This document shows positions 13,201-27,500 of a DNA stretch of 64,000 nt, piece by piece (positions within the stretch are counted from its first letter, which is position 1; every line of letters begins with the position of its first letter). The notes under the pieces were generated by a model that worked only from the letters and a program-made list of their open reading frames with translations, was not told where the DNA came from and did no database searches. Source of the stretch: Mobula birostris (Eukaryota). Both the position numbers and the translations under genes were made by a program. The stretch spans positions 108,266,793 through 108,330,792 of the forward strand of contig NC_092370.1 of the NCBI RefSeq assembly GCF_030028105.1. Direction: 5' to 3'.

Positions 13201-15500
13201 ATGGAGGGCTATCAGAGGTTACAGTGGGACATCGATTGGATGCAAAACTGGGGTGAGAAGTTGTAGATGGAATTCACCCCAGATAAGTGTGAGGTGGTTC
13301 ATTTTGGTAGGTCAAATATGATAGCAGAATATAGTATTAATGGTAAGACTCTTGGCAGTGTGAAGGATCAGAGGGATCTTGGGGTCCAAATCCATAGGAC
13401 GCTCAAAGCTGCTGCGCAGGTTGACTCTGTGGTTAAGAAGACATACAGTGCATTGGCCTTCATCATCGGTGGGATTGAATTTAAGAGCCAAGAGGTAATG
13501 TTACAGCTATATAGGACTCTGGTCAGACCCCACTTGGAGTACTGTGCTCAGTTCTGGTCACCTTACTACAGGAAGAATGTGGAAACTATAGGAAGGGTGC
13601 AGAGGAGATTTACAAGGATATTGCCTGGATTGGGGAGCATGCCTTATGAGAATAGGTTGAGTGAACTTGGCCTTTTCTCCTTGGAGCGACAGAGGATGAG
13701 AGGTGACCTGATAGAGATGTATAAGATGATGGGAGGCATTAATCATGTGGATAGTCAGAAGCTTTTTTCCCAGGGCTGAAATGGCTAGCATGAGAGGGCA
13801 CAGTTTTAAGGTGCTTGGAAGCAGGTGCAGAGGAGGTGTCAGGGGTAAGTTTTTTACGCAGAGAGTTGTGAGTGCATGGAATGGGCTGCCGGTGACGGTG
13901 GTGGAGGCAGATACAATAAGGTCTTTTAAGAGACTTCTTGATAGGTACATGGAGCTTAGAAAAATAGAGAGCTATGGGTTATCCTAGGTAATTTCTAAAG
14001 TAAGTACATGTTCGGCACAGCATTGTGGGCTGAAGGGCCTGTATTGTGATGTAGGTTTTCTATGTCTCTATGTTTCTATTAGAGAGCGTGTCTTACGAGG
14101 ATACAATGACCTAGGTCTTTTCTCTTTGCAGCAAAGGAGAATGAGAAGTGAATTAATGGAGGTGTACAAGATGATAAGAGACATAAATAGAGTGGATAGA
14201 TAGACTCTTTTCCCAGGGAAAAGTGGCATATATGAGGGGGCATAATTTTAAGAGGGTTGGAAGAAAGTATTGGGGGGATGTCAGTGGTAAGTTTTTTTAC
14301 ACAGAGAGTTTGTGGGTTTGTGGAATATTCTGCCATGTGTGGTGGGTGGTAGAGGCAGATGCATTAAAGACATTTAAGAATCTTTTAGGTAGTCACTCGG
14401 ACGATAGAATAAATGGAGGGCTTTGTAGAAGGGAAGGATTAGATTAATCTTGGAGTAGCTTAAAAGGTTGGCACAACATTGTGGGCTGAAGGGCCTGTAA
14501 TGTGCTGTGACGTTCTATCTTCTATAACATGTATTGTTGATTGCTCTGTAGAAGCCAGGCAAAACTGCAAATGTTGCATACAGACTGCTCACTCACAGTC
14601 ATTAGCAGTGACAAATTTGACATAATTGGCAAGCAAACAATTAGTGATTTGTCTTATTGATTTGAGGCGGCTGTCATGAAAATCTTGCATGTGCCTGTGG
14701 GACAAAGCACTTGAAAGATTGAAAACCAAAAAAAAATGTTAAGGAGTTTTGTGACTGTCACAGCCACTGGTAATATATGGCCACCAGGACCAAACTGGTA
14801 GCAACTTCTCCACTTGCAGGCTGTTAAATCCTGCTGTATAGGCTATTAGTTTTCAAATTGTTAAGGACATTTCCTGAAACTCACCAGTGAATTTCATTGC
14901 ATTGGAGGGGCTTTCTATCAGCTGCTTTGCTATTGCCTTTCTGATGTCCTAACCGATTGTTTCTTTGCTGGCAGTAAGGCTATAGAACACTATTGTCTTG
15001 GTTGTCCAGTTAGTTATGTTGCTCATGATTTGAGTTTAATCTAAGGCAGCATTATTGGCCTGCCTCCAAATTTGACTAATTAGCCCCATAGGGGAAGAAA
15101 ATAACTTATAAAGTATGATCCAATTAAAACAGTAAACACGAACTTTTTGGAAAGCTGCTAAGAAGCTGTGAGTATAGAATGGGGCATGGCCTGGAAGTTA
15201 CACTTGACCTCCTTTGAGATGTATATTAAACTTGCATTTTAAATATGTCAAAATAATCTGCAGAAATACTTACTTTCAAGGTGCAGACATTCTACCTCTC
15301 CCGGAAGTTCCGGGAGTCTCCAACATATTAACAGTGGCTCCCTGATGCCCGCAAATTATATACAATGTCCCGGAAATCAGTTTTTCTGAGAGTGAGCGAG
15401 CAAGAGAGAGAGAGCATGAGATCACACGAGAGACAGAGAGCGAGCGAGACAGCGACCACGAGAGAGAGAGAGAGAAAGCGCACGAGAGTGAGAGAGCAAC

Positions 15501-15536
<36 letters not shown>

Positions 15537-18500
15537 CGCGCAAGCCATGGCAGAGTGTTCCAAAAAAAGAAAATATAAAATGTACGTCACCCCAGACCAC
15601 CCTAAAGTGTAACCCTGCCTAATAGAGGTCAAAAATAATGACAGTGTTGCTCGCTGAACTGTTTGCAACAATGACTTTTCTATTGCCTATGGTGGGTTAA
15701 GACCGTAAAAGACATATTGAGGTGAGTTTAACAGGTGTCATTCCTTCATTAGCATAGCTAACGTTATTTAAACTAGCTGGCTAGCTGCTAAGGAGCTACT
15801 CTATTGCAGACATCCCACCTCTCCCGGGAGTTCCAGGAGTCTCTTGCAGATTGATGGTGCTACCTCCCTGAAATGAGTTTTTGCAGGGTGGAATGTCTGA
15901 AGGTGGGTGTTTTGTGGGGGTGGGGGGGATAGGGCAGTGAGCGGAAAGTGATCTCCCTAACCTTTGCATCCTTTGGTAAGGGGCATTTACTACAAAACTC
16001 TGCCAGAGATATTTTTCAACTTCTTCAGTTGTCACCGTGGATACAGTCACTTTGATTTTACCATGTCTCAGGAAACCTGGGAATTCAGTGAATCCAACAT
16101 CGTTGTAACAATACATTAAATTTGCTCTAACTGAGTGGGCAAATGGAAATTGACAGCCCACCTCTCCCAAGGGAGTTGTGTAGAGAGTCGAACATAATCC
16201 CACCAAATGTAGATGGTGGCTGCTTAGAGCCAATTTCCCGACACAATGTTATTTATGCCTGTGTGAACCCCCTCAGGTCCACTCAAACTCATTTCTCCTT
16301 CCAGAGTAGAAACCAGTTCATAATATGGGAAGCGACTATTCGATCCTCCATGTGTGTTCTATCATTCCATCAGATCATGCTGATCTGCAAAGCAACTCCC
16401 TTTAGTAACATAACTCTATAACTTGAATGTGATTAATAAAAATACCTGTCAGTATCAGTTTGAATAAGTCACTTATAAAGTTGGCAACAACTTTTTGGGA
16501 AGCAGTTTCAGGTTTCCACTACCCATTGAGCAAAAAAGTGTTTCAGATATCAAGTGTTGCAAAAATGTTGCCAAGGTCTTGACTTGAATTTTAAAGTTAA
16601 CCTTCCTCTGCAAAAAAATCAAGCGTTTTTTCTCAGGTGGAGTTCAGAGGGGTCCAGTCATTGTTAACATCATGCAGCTTCTATTGATTGGGGGTTGTCA
16701 GGCTGAAGTTCAGTTTGAGATGGGTCAGTTATTACGGTTCTTAAGATCGCCAGTATTGGTTTCATTAATGCAGCATTTCTCTCTGTTTAAAGATCAAATT
16801 GATGGGAGAAAGAGGATTAGGAAGTGGTCAATTCATTAGTTATCAGTCCCTGTCAAGTATGCATGTGATGTGGACATTCTTGAGGGCTCTTGCATAGACA
16901 ATGATATAATCTGACAGATACTAATGCCTGAATAGTGGATATTGCTGTGGAATCCCCAACAAAAGGGGGTGTTGGTTATGACAAACCCATGCTCCAAACC
17001 CTTTGTCAGGAGGAGGATCATTTCAGTTGCCTTTCCTTAGTCATGCCATTCCAGAGGATCACATTCTTCCTGACCTAGACATTGAAATCTTCCAGAATGC
17101 TCACTTTATCTCATTTTCAGAAGGAGGCTAAGGCTTCTTCAAGGCCGGAATAGCATATGTGCTATTTCTACATTGCAGTGACCCTCTAGGAGGGTCCTGG
17201 AACATTTACCTCTCCCACTAGATGAATTGATGAAATGCCTAACAAGCTCATCCTTGACACCAAACCCATCCCATGAAAATGACATTTGGTTCCTACTTGG
17301 CTCTACCAGAGGAAAGTATACCCATCATATTGTTATTTGAGCTGGCCATAATCTGCCCACCATGCCTCACTAAAGACATCAATGTCAACATCCAAGCACT
17401 GATCCATCAGGCAACATTAGCTGAAAGATGCACTTAAGGAACTTAACATGCAATACTTTGAGGAGTGTATGTTATCTATACATTATTTATTTCAATATGA
17501 AAGGTTGATTGTACTTCACTTCACAGGCCTGAGAGACCATAATGTTGGTCCAATGACAAGTTGTTGCAACTTGACTAAAGACCTGTGCAGTTTAAATGGA
17601 GGTTGTTTCTGCTTATGAGAATCTGGCAGTAGAGGGTCACTGCTTAGTAATAATGAATTTCACATTTCAGACAGCAATAAGATGGAGCTGATCATTTTCT
17701 CCAAGATAGTACTTTCTTCTTCAAACCTTCCTGGAAGTAGTCTTTGAATTTGTTTAAGGCAGACGTAGTTAGATTCTTCATAAGTAAGTGGGTGAAACTC
17801 TACTGTACTTGTGGTAGGTGGGAATCTGGAGTTGAGGTTAATTTCAGGTTAGCCATGACCTTATTTAATGGCGGCCTCTTACTGTTCTTACTTCATCTTC
17901 TTGTCTATTCAGATACCTTTGCATTAATTTTTACTAAGTGTTATGTGAATTGAAACTATTGGCAAACAAGGCCATTACCAGAGTTGATATGACATATACA
18001 CATGGTGTTGGCCTCGCATCCAGAGAAGTCTTCGGAAGATCAATGGGAAGTAATAGCAGAACCCATGGAGTCAACAGACAGCAGTGACCCTAGCCTCCTA
18101 AATCTTTGAGAGTTGGATACCTCAATGCACCTGATGATACCACGAACACGATCTCCACAAAATTCTCAAACTGAGCCGGTAGGTAAGTGAACCAGTGTCC
18201 TGTCTCCAGCCAACATCCCCAGACACATTCAGTCAGCTCTGATAGGCAGGTCACAGTGTTTGTTTCCCTGGAAACTAGACGCTAAAAACAATCACTCCAC
18301 AATATTGTTGGGTGGACAGAAGAAACATTTCAAGGCCATTCTCCAAAACTCAGTAAACAAAGTGTAACTTCCCAACCAGCTTGTGGGAATCTCTGTTCAA
18401 TGACCCCTTAAAATGGAGAAGGAACATTCGGAATGATATTAAGTATTTAATGTACCCTTAGGAGCAAATAGGAGTCCATCATTGAAAAGAAGAGATGCAC

Positions 18501-21500
18501 ACCATTTTCAAAACTACTTATCCATCCACCCTATCCAGTACCTCTTGCTCCATCCTGGCAGTGTCTGGAAACATTCCATGTTTGCCCCATTAGTCACTTC
18601 AAGGAAAACCACAGAACTGGAGCAGAAGCACATGATCCTCACCCCAAGGGACAGCTGAAGCAGAAGTAGTACTTCACAGCCCATCACAAAGGGCGATAGA
18701 ATTAGTCTCAACATGAAAATGATTTCCTCTGACAGACATTATAGAGATTTTTTAATAACTTGCTTGGGATTCGAATCAACCCAAGGATATGTTAGAACTT
18801 GTCCCAACTGTAGTCAAGGAAGACCCTGAAGCATAAAGATTAAAAAAAAACTTTGTCATAAGCTTGGATTACTTTTAGGGTTGTATTTCATAGAGCAATG
18901 CAGCACAGAAAGTGTTTACCATGTCCATGCAAACCACCAGTACTTGTTTATTCTAATTCTATACCATGGCTATTTTTATTTAATTAACTTTCCCATCACT
19001 CCCTGCTCCCCCAGAATGAAACACTCACCTACACAATAGGAGCAATTTGCTGTGGCCAATTAATCTGCAAGCCTGCATGACCTTCTTAACCACTCTATCA
19101 ATTTCTATGGCAATTTTGAGGAACTATGGGCTTGAACTCCAAGATTCTTTTGTTTCTCCACACCTCTAAAAACCCTGTGATTAACCATGTATTCTGCCTT
19201 CAGGTTTGAAGTTCCACAGTGTACCACTTCCCACTTTTCCAGATTGAACTCCATCTGTCACTTCTCCGTCCAGCTCTGCGTCCTGTCCATGTCCCATTTT
19301 AACCTATTGACAACCTCCTACACTAGCCACAACAACCTGTATGTATTCCACAAACTTACTAACCCACCCTTACACTTTCTCATCCAAGTCATTTAGGAAA
19401 ACCACAAACAGCAGGGATCCCAGAACAGATCCCTGCGAAACACCACTCATAACCAATCTCTGGGCGGAATATGCTTCACCCACTACCACCCTTCTGTGGG
19501 CAAGCCATTGCCATTTCCAAATCCACCACCTCAAACTTCTGCAGCCTTTAGGTGAAAAGACTCTCTACAATTATGTTTCACTGTAAGCTCCAGGACTTAA
19601 ATGCTGCAATTATCAATAAACATCAGTGACCTTCCAAGTCAAAGTTCAAACTAAGTTTATTATCAAAGTACAAATATGTCACCATATACTACCCTGAGAT
19701 TCATTTTCTTGTGGAGATTCACAATAAATACCAAGAAACACAATCAAATCAATAAAAAACTACACGTCAAGTGTTTTATAGCTTGGAAACCTGAGAGGTC
19801 ATGATCTTCTCATGTACCTGTTGATGTTGCATTTCTTGATCTTACAGGTCACAGGAGTGAGAGTAGCCCAAGATGCAACTGCAGTGCATTTTGTAGCTTA
19901 TATACACTGTAGCCAATCTATTCTGCTGCAGTGTTGAGGGTGGTGTTTCAGGTGCCAATCATATGGTCTGGTTTGCTTGGAATAGTGTCACATTTCATTG
20001 AGCCATGTCAAGGCAAAAAGCCATTATTTTACCTTGCTTTATCCTTGTAGATCACTTTGGAGTGTGGGGAGCTGGGTCACTGGCCAGTATTGTAGCAATG
20101 TTATCGAATACACAAGTGCCCATTATCAGCAAGAGAATGAGGCATGAACTTTTCATAGAGAGTAAAGAACATGGATATCGCTATAGTTCTTTGCTTAATA
20201 GCCAATAAACCCTTCCACCCCCCCAAATAAACATATGCCCTATAATGTTCTAAGAATATTGTCCTGAATCCAGGACAAGAAGCTACAGTCTTAAAATTAG
20301 AGGGTACCCATTTAAAACAGAGATGGGGAGAAATTTTTTTAGCCAGAGGGTCGTGGATTTATCGAATTTGTTACCACATACAGCTGTGGAGGCCCGATCA
20401 TTGAGGGTGTTTAAGGAGGAGATTGATAGGTATCTAATTAGTCAGGGTATCAAGGGATATGGGGAAAAAGCCAGAAATTGGAACTAGATGGGAGAATAGT
20501 TTAGCTCATGGTGGAGTGGCAGAGCAGACCCGATGGGCTGAATGGCCTACTTCTGCTCCTTTGTCTTGTGATCTTGTTAATATTGACACACATTAATATA
20601 CATTGATAAACACATCAAAATGTTTAAATCCCTAAAAAGGTATGATATTTCTGACAATCTACTTCCATTGAATGTATTGTAATTTACATGCAGTGATAGT
20701 TTTTTAAATCTCAAGTGCGGAAATGTAATTAAAGACCACTGTTTATTAGCTATTGCACAGCAGGAAGGCACTTGATAAACAACGAGCTGAACACTTCAGC
20801 ATCATATTTGACAGACACATATTTAAATAAACTTGTTTGAAAAAATCAAAATGAGGCCTGGAGCTGACCTTACAAGTGTGTAGATCCAGGAATAGCATAT
20901 AACAAAGCCTGAGTGTATTAAGGTTAGAAAATTGTTACTTGGCACCTTTCTGTTATGGCCAAATGTTGCTTAGGTCTTATTACTTGCAAGCATGGACTGC
21001 TTAACATGGAACAGCTGGAAGTGCTGCAAGAATCATCATTTAAACAATGATACAATGGTAGCAGCATACAATAGAATTTTATAAACTGTCACATCAACAG
21101 TGGAGGTGTAGTCAGAAATGCTTGTCAGAAATTAGAGCACAGAATTATAGTGGCTAGCATGGACATGATGGGCCAAATGGTTTGTTTCTGTGCTGTACCT
21201 TCTGTACCGAATAAAGTGGGCACTGAGTATATTTTTGTATGTTCTTGTGGTCCTCTGCTGCTGTAACCCATCCACTTCAAGGTTCAATGTATTTTGCATT
21301 CAGAGATGTTCTTCTGCACACCACTGTTGCGATACGTGGTTATGTTTGAGTTACGACTACCTTCCTGTCAGCTTGAACCAATTTGACTGTTCTCCTCTGA
21401 TCTCACATTAACAAGGAATTTCCATCCTGAGAACTGCCACTCACTTGATGTTTCTCTTTGTTTTTCGCACCCTTCCCCATAAAATCTAGAGAAGGTTGTG

Positions 21501-24500
21501 CATGAATATCCTGGGAGATCAGCAGTTTCTGAGATACTCAAAACACTCCATTTGGCACCAACAACCATTCTACAATCAAAATCGCTTGATCACATTTTTT
21601 CCCCATTCTGATATTTGGTCTGAGCAACAACTTGACCATGTTTACATGCCTTTATTTATTGTATGCTGCCACATGATTGGTCCGTTAGATATTTGCATTA
21701 ATGAGCAGCTGTACTTATTAAAGTGGCCGCTGAGTGTATGTCTATTTGACTGACTGGCTAGAAAATAGTGACCATGGTAACCATTATGCTAGTAGAACAA
21801 ATGATGAAAGTACCATGTGAATTTAAAATCACCTGACTCATTGCAAGATTGATCCCATTAGAATGGTTAGTATGGTAAACGTAAATGTGATTTTAGAGTA
21901 ATTTCAGAATTTGAAGTTAACATTGAAATTACATGAGTAATTGTGCTACATCTTTTGTCTGTCCTTAACACTCTCCTATCTGAGTTTGAGTTGTAATACC
22001 TAGTCCAGTCCAGGGACTGATATTAAGCAAGGATTGATATTCTGACATGTTTTGTAAGCAGTGCTACAATATTACTTTTTTAGATGATCTGCAAATTCAT
22101 CATCTAGTATATTCAAAAAGCACTTCCCCTGCAGCTTAGTGCCATTTATTACATGTTTCTACAGTTTCTGTCATTTTTAACATAAGAGATCTCATTTTTA
22201 AAATATAAGTGTACATCATTTCACTAAAGAATGGCAATGACAACATAATCAGTTGGCAGAAAAGAGCGACAGAACTATTAATATACTTCACAATGCTGGA
22301 CAATTTCTGTCAGGTAGCAGCTTAACAAACCCAGTGATAACAAGATCACAATAACAGAGGGCACAACACTTTTAATATCTGTCTGTCTTTGTGCTGGATA
22401 AATGAGTTGTTTTGTTTCTCAATCACTTGCTCTCTTTCTCACTCTCATGCATGCTTACAGTAAAATGCACAGTTCATATTCCTGTCCATTTACTCAATTA
22501 ATTCTTTGTAATTCAATACTTCCATTTACACTATTAAAAACACTACTTATGTTTCTGTTACTGACAAGTATAGGGATCATGTCTTCCTATCTCATCACCT
22601 TGGTCATTTCTAAAAATCACAAAGGGAAAATAGGAGAGAAACGGGACAAAGATGCAAACTGGGGCTTAATTAGGGAATTCCTAAGGGAAAAAAGTAAGCT
22701 TGATGGGCTACTGATGTGTATCCTCAGTTGTAACGAGAACTAGGCCTCAATCCTCAGGCTGGCCTGCTGCTGTAGACCAGGTGAGAGATGTGGAAGTGCT
22801 ACGGTGTGATTGAGCTCAGCTGGGGCCTAGCCTCGGCCAACAGTGCTGCCCTCACAGGGTCAGAGTTGCTCAGGGTTTTAGACTATATATGTTTTTTTTT
22901 TCAAGTGAATATGCTTCTTTGCTCAATATTTTGAATTATGTTACTCGCTATTTTTGAATGTTTGCTTGCTATTTTAAATATTTTGCACTTCGGTGTCAGA
23001 GGAATGCTGTCTCATTCAGCTGTATCTATAAATGGCTTGAATGATAATTAAAATTGACTTGATTTGAAAGAGGTAGCTGAACAGATAATCTAAGTGCAAA
23101 AAACACAAATTCTACACGCATGATAATATATACAAGCAAAAACATGCATACAGTATACACAGAGACATTGATAGACAGATGTAAATATGCAAATGCAAAT
23201 ACGCATGCAGGTAACTCAGTAGTTATAAAAGAATGTCACAATGTAAGTGCAAGGTATCTGTTTCTGAGCAAATATTTTAAACTAATAACCACACAACTAA
23301 CTTATTTCTGATTATTTGTGCTTAACACAACATCATAAATAATCTTATATGAAGTAATTAATAATTTTATGAATTTGGACATTCATCTTTGACATTGTCT
23401 GTTAGAGGCTGGGAGAGACAGATGCATTTAGACCCTATTGTATGTGTTCGCTAGTCCATAATAGGGGTGTAAATTATTAAACAGGAGCACAAGGAACTCA
23501 GAGTAGGAGTAGGGCAACTGTCCCTTCAAGCCTGCCCCCATTGAGGCTGGCCTGCACAGGCTTCATTGGCCTGAATTCCACAGTCTTTCAAAAATGTATC
23601 TACTTTAAGTACGACCAGTGATCTAGACTCCAGAATCCCCTAAGGGAGAGAATTTCAGAGATTCATAGAAACATAGAAACATAGAAAATAGGTGCAGGAG
23701 TAGGCCATTTGGCCCTTCGAGCCTGCATCGCCATTTATTATGATCATGGCTGATCATCCAACTCAGAACCCCGCCCCAGCCTTCCCTCCATACCCCCTGA
23801 CCCCTGTAGCCACAAGGGCCATATCTAACTCCCTCTTAAATATAGCCAATGAACTGGCCTCAACTGTTTCCTGTGGCAGAGAATTCCACAGATTCACCAC
23901 TCTCTGTGTGAAGAAGTTTTTCCTAATCTCGGTCCTAAAAGGCTTCCCCTCTATCCTCAAACTGTGGCCCCTCGTTCTGGACTTCCCCAACATCGGGAAC
24001 AATCTTCCTGCATCTAGCCTGTCCAATCCCTTTAGGATCTTATACGTTTCAATCAGATTCCCCCCTCAATCTTCTAAATTCCAACGAGTACAAGCCCAGT
24101 TTATCCAGTCTTTCTTCATATGAAAGTCCTGCCATCCCAGGAATCAATCTGGTGAACCTTCTTTGTACTCCCTCTATGGCAAGGATGTCTTTCCTCAGAT
24201 TAGGGGACCAAAACTGCACACAATACTCCAGGTGTGGTCTCACCAAGGCCTTGTACAACTGCAGTAGTACCTCCCTGCTCCTGTACTCGAATCCTCTCGC
24301 TATAAATGCCAGCATACCATTCGCCTTTTTCACCGCCTGCTGTACCTGCATGCCCACTTTCAATGACTGGTGTATAATGACACCCAGGTCTCGTTGCACC
24401 TCCCCTTTTCCTAATCCGCCACCATTCAGATAATAATCTGTTTTCCTATTTTTGCCACCAAAGTGGATAACTTCACATTTATCCACATTAAATTGCATCT

Positions 24501-27500
24501 GCCATGAATTTGCCCACTCACCCAACCTATTCAAGTCACCCTGCATCCTCTTAGCATCCTCCTCACAGCTAACACTGCCACCCAGCTTCGTGTCATCCAC
24601 AAACTTGGAGATGCTGCATTTAATTCCCTCATCCAAGTCATTAATATATATTGTAAACAACTGGGGTCCCAGCACTGAGCCTTGCGGTACCCCACTAGTC
24701 GCCACCTGCCATTCTGAAAAGGTCCCGTTTATTCCCACTCTTTGCTTCCTGTCTGCTAACCAATTCTCCACCCACACCAATACCTTACCCGCAATACCGT
24801 GTGCTTTAAGTTTGCACACTAATCTCCTGTGTGGGACCTTGTCAAAAGCCTTTTGAAAATCCAAATATACCACATCCACTGGTTCTCCCCTATCCACTCT
24901 ACTAGTTACATCCTCAAAAAATTCTATGAGATTCGTCAGACATGATTTTCCTTTCACAAATCCATGCTGACTTTGTCCGATCATTTCACCGCTTTCCAAA
25001 TGTGCTGTTATCACATCCTTGATAACTGACTCCAGCAGTTTCCCCACCACCGACGTTAGGCTAACCGGTCTATAATTCCCTGGTTTCTCTCTCCCTCCTT
25101 TTTTAAAAAGTGGAGTTACATTAGCCACCCTCCAATCCTCAGGAACTAGTCCAGAATCTAACAAGTTTTGAAAAATTATCACTAATGCATCCACTATTTC
25201 TTGGGCTACTTCCTTAAGCACTCTAGGATGCAGACCGTCTGGCCCTGGGGATTTATCTGCCTTCAATCCCTTCAATTTATCTAACACCACTTCCCTACTA
25301 ACATATATTTCGCTCAGTTCCTCCATCTCACTGGACCCTCTGTCCCCTACTATTTCTGGAAGATTATTTATGTCCTCCTTAGTGAAGACAGAACCAAAGT
25401 AATTATTCAATTGGTCTGCCATGTCCTTGCTCCCCATAATCAATTCACCTGTTTCTGTCTGCAGGGGACCTACATTTGTCTTTACCAGTCTTTTCCTTTT
25501 TACATATCTATAAAAGCTTTTACAGTCCGTTTTTATGTTGCCTGCCAGTTTTCTCTCATAATCTTTTTTCCCCTTCCTAATTAAGCCCTTTGTCCTACTC
25601 TGCTGAACTCTGAATTTCTCCCAGTCCTCAGGTGAGCCACTTTTTCTGGCTAATTTGTATGCTTCTTCTTTGGAATTGATACTATCCCTAATTTCTCTTG
25701 TCAGCCACGGGTGCACTACCTTCCTTGATTTATTCTTTTGCCAAACTGGGATGAACAATTGTTGTAGTTCATCCATGCAACCTTTAAATGCTTGCCATTG
25801 CATATCCACCGTCAATCCTTTAAGTGTCATTTGCCAGTCTATCTTAACTAATTCACGTCTCATACCTTCAAAGTTACCCCTCTTTAAGTTCAGAACCTTT
25901 GTTTCTGAATTAACTCTGTCACTCTCCATCTTAATGAAGAATTCCACCATATTATGGTCTCTCTTACCCAAGGGGCCTCTCACGACAAGATTGCTAATTA
26001 ACCCTTCCTCATTGCTCAAAACCCAGTCCAGAATAGCCTGCTGTCTAGTTGGTTCCTCGACATGTTGGTTCAAAAAACCATCCCGCATACATTCCAAGAA
26101 ATCCTCTTCCTCAGCACCTTTACCAATTTGGTTCACCCAATCTACATGTAGATTGAAGTCACCCATTATAACTGCTGTTCCTTTATTGCATACGTTTCTA
26201 ATTTCCTGTTTAATACCATCTCCGACCTCACTACTACTGTTAGGTGGCCTGTACACAACTCCCACCAGCGTCTTCTGCCCCCTAGTGTTACGCAGCTCTA
26301 CCCATATCGATTCCACATCTTCCCGGCTTATGTTCTTCCTTTCTATTGCGTTAATCTCTTCTTTAACCAGCAACGCCACCCCACCTCCCCTTCCTTCATG
26401 TCTATCCCTCCTGAATATTGAATATCCCTGAACGTTGAGCTCCCATCCCTGGTCAGCCTGGAGCCATGCCTCTGTGATCCCAACTATATCATAATCATTA
26501 ATAACAATTTGCACTTTCAATTCATCCACCTTATTACGAATGCTCCTTGCATTGACACACAAAGCCTTCAGGCGCTCTTTTACAACTCTCTTAGCCCTTA
26601 TACAATTATGCTGAAAAGTGGCCCTTTTTAATGCTTGCCCTGGATTTGTCGGCCTGCCACTTTTACTTCTCTCCTTAGTACTTTTTGCTTCTACCCTCAC
26701 TTTACACCCCTCTGTCTCTCTGCACTGGTTCCCATCCCCCTGTTGTGAACTAACCTCCTCACGCCTAGCCTCTTTAATTTGATTCCCACCCCCCAACCAT
26801 TCTAGTAGCCCCCGCTAATCTCCCTGCCAGGATATTGGTCCCCCTAGGATTCAAGTGTAACCTGTCCTTTTTGTACAGGCCACGCCTGCCTATGATGGCC
26901 TCTGCACCGTAGTGTCTAATGTCTAACTATTCAATGAATTGAGTTCCAAAGTTGTAGCCCCGACCCATTAAAGTGAAAATAGCAGCTTCGAAAAAGTATT
27001 AACATCAATCTACTTCAATTAACAAAATGACGGCTGAAGTCCTTCAAGTTACTGCTGCCAAAGGGATCTGCAGATTACAATAGAAAATCCAACCAGCCTG
27101 CTCATACTTGCAGAAAAATAGCCTTCTATCTCAGGATCCATTAACATTCAGCTAGTACTTGCATGCTTATCATGTGAGCCCCAGTCAATTTATTTTAGTT
27201 TAAGACTCCATTGAAACATTTACTTTAAATGTTAAAACAATGTTGATTATTATTTTACCCACAATGGAAGTAAGATAATTGGGCTAGTGTCCATTTTGTC
27301 ATTCTTTTTAAAAACAAACACTTGACACAGAGGATATTCACTTTTGCATAATATTTATCAGGGCCTCACTAAACTTCCTCCTTAGTCCTGCTCAAGCCTC
27401 AGATATGAATCTTCCTTCCCATTGGGCCAGATTTGGTTTTAGTCCTTTACATTTTCTTAGTCTTCCAATTTATCAAGTGAAATGATTGATTCAATCAAAC

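Noticed and set aside
15276-15671. Overlapping Ser/Leu-rich and Arg/Glu-rich ORFs
   Set aside because: Translation artefacts of the (GA)n microsatellite.
25655-26431. 258-aa + strand ORF (also 24152-24433 and 24452-24856)
   Set aside because: Antisense shadow frames of the intact CR1 ORF2.
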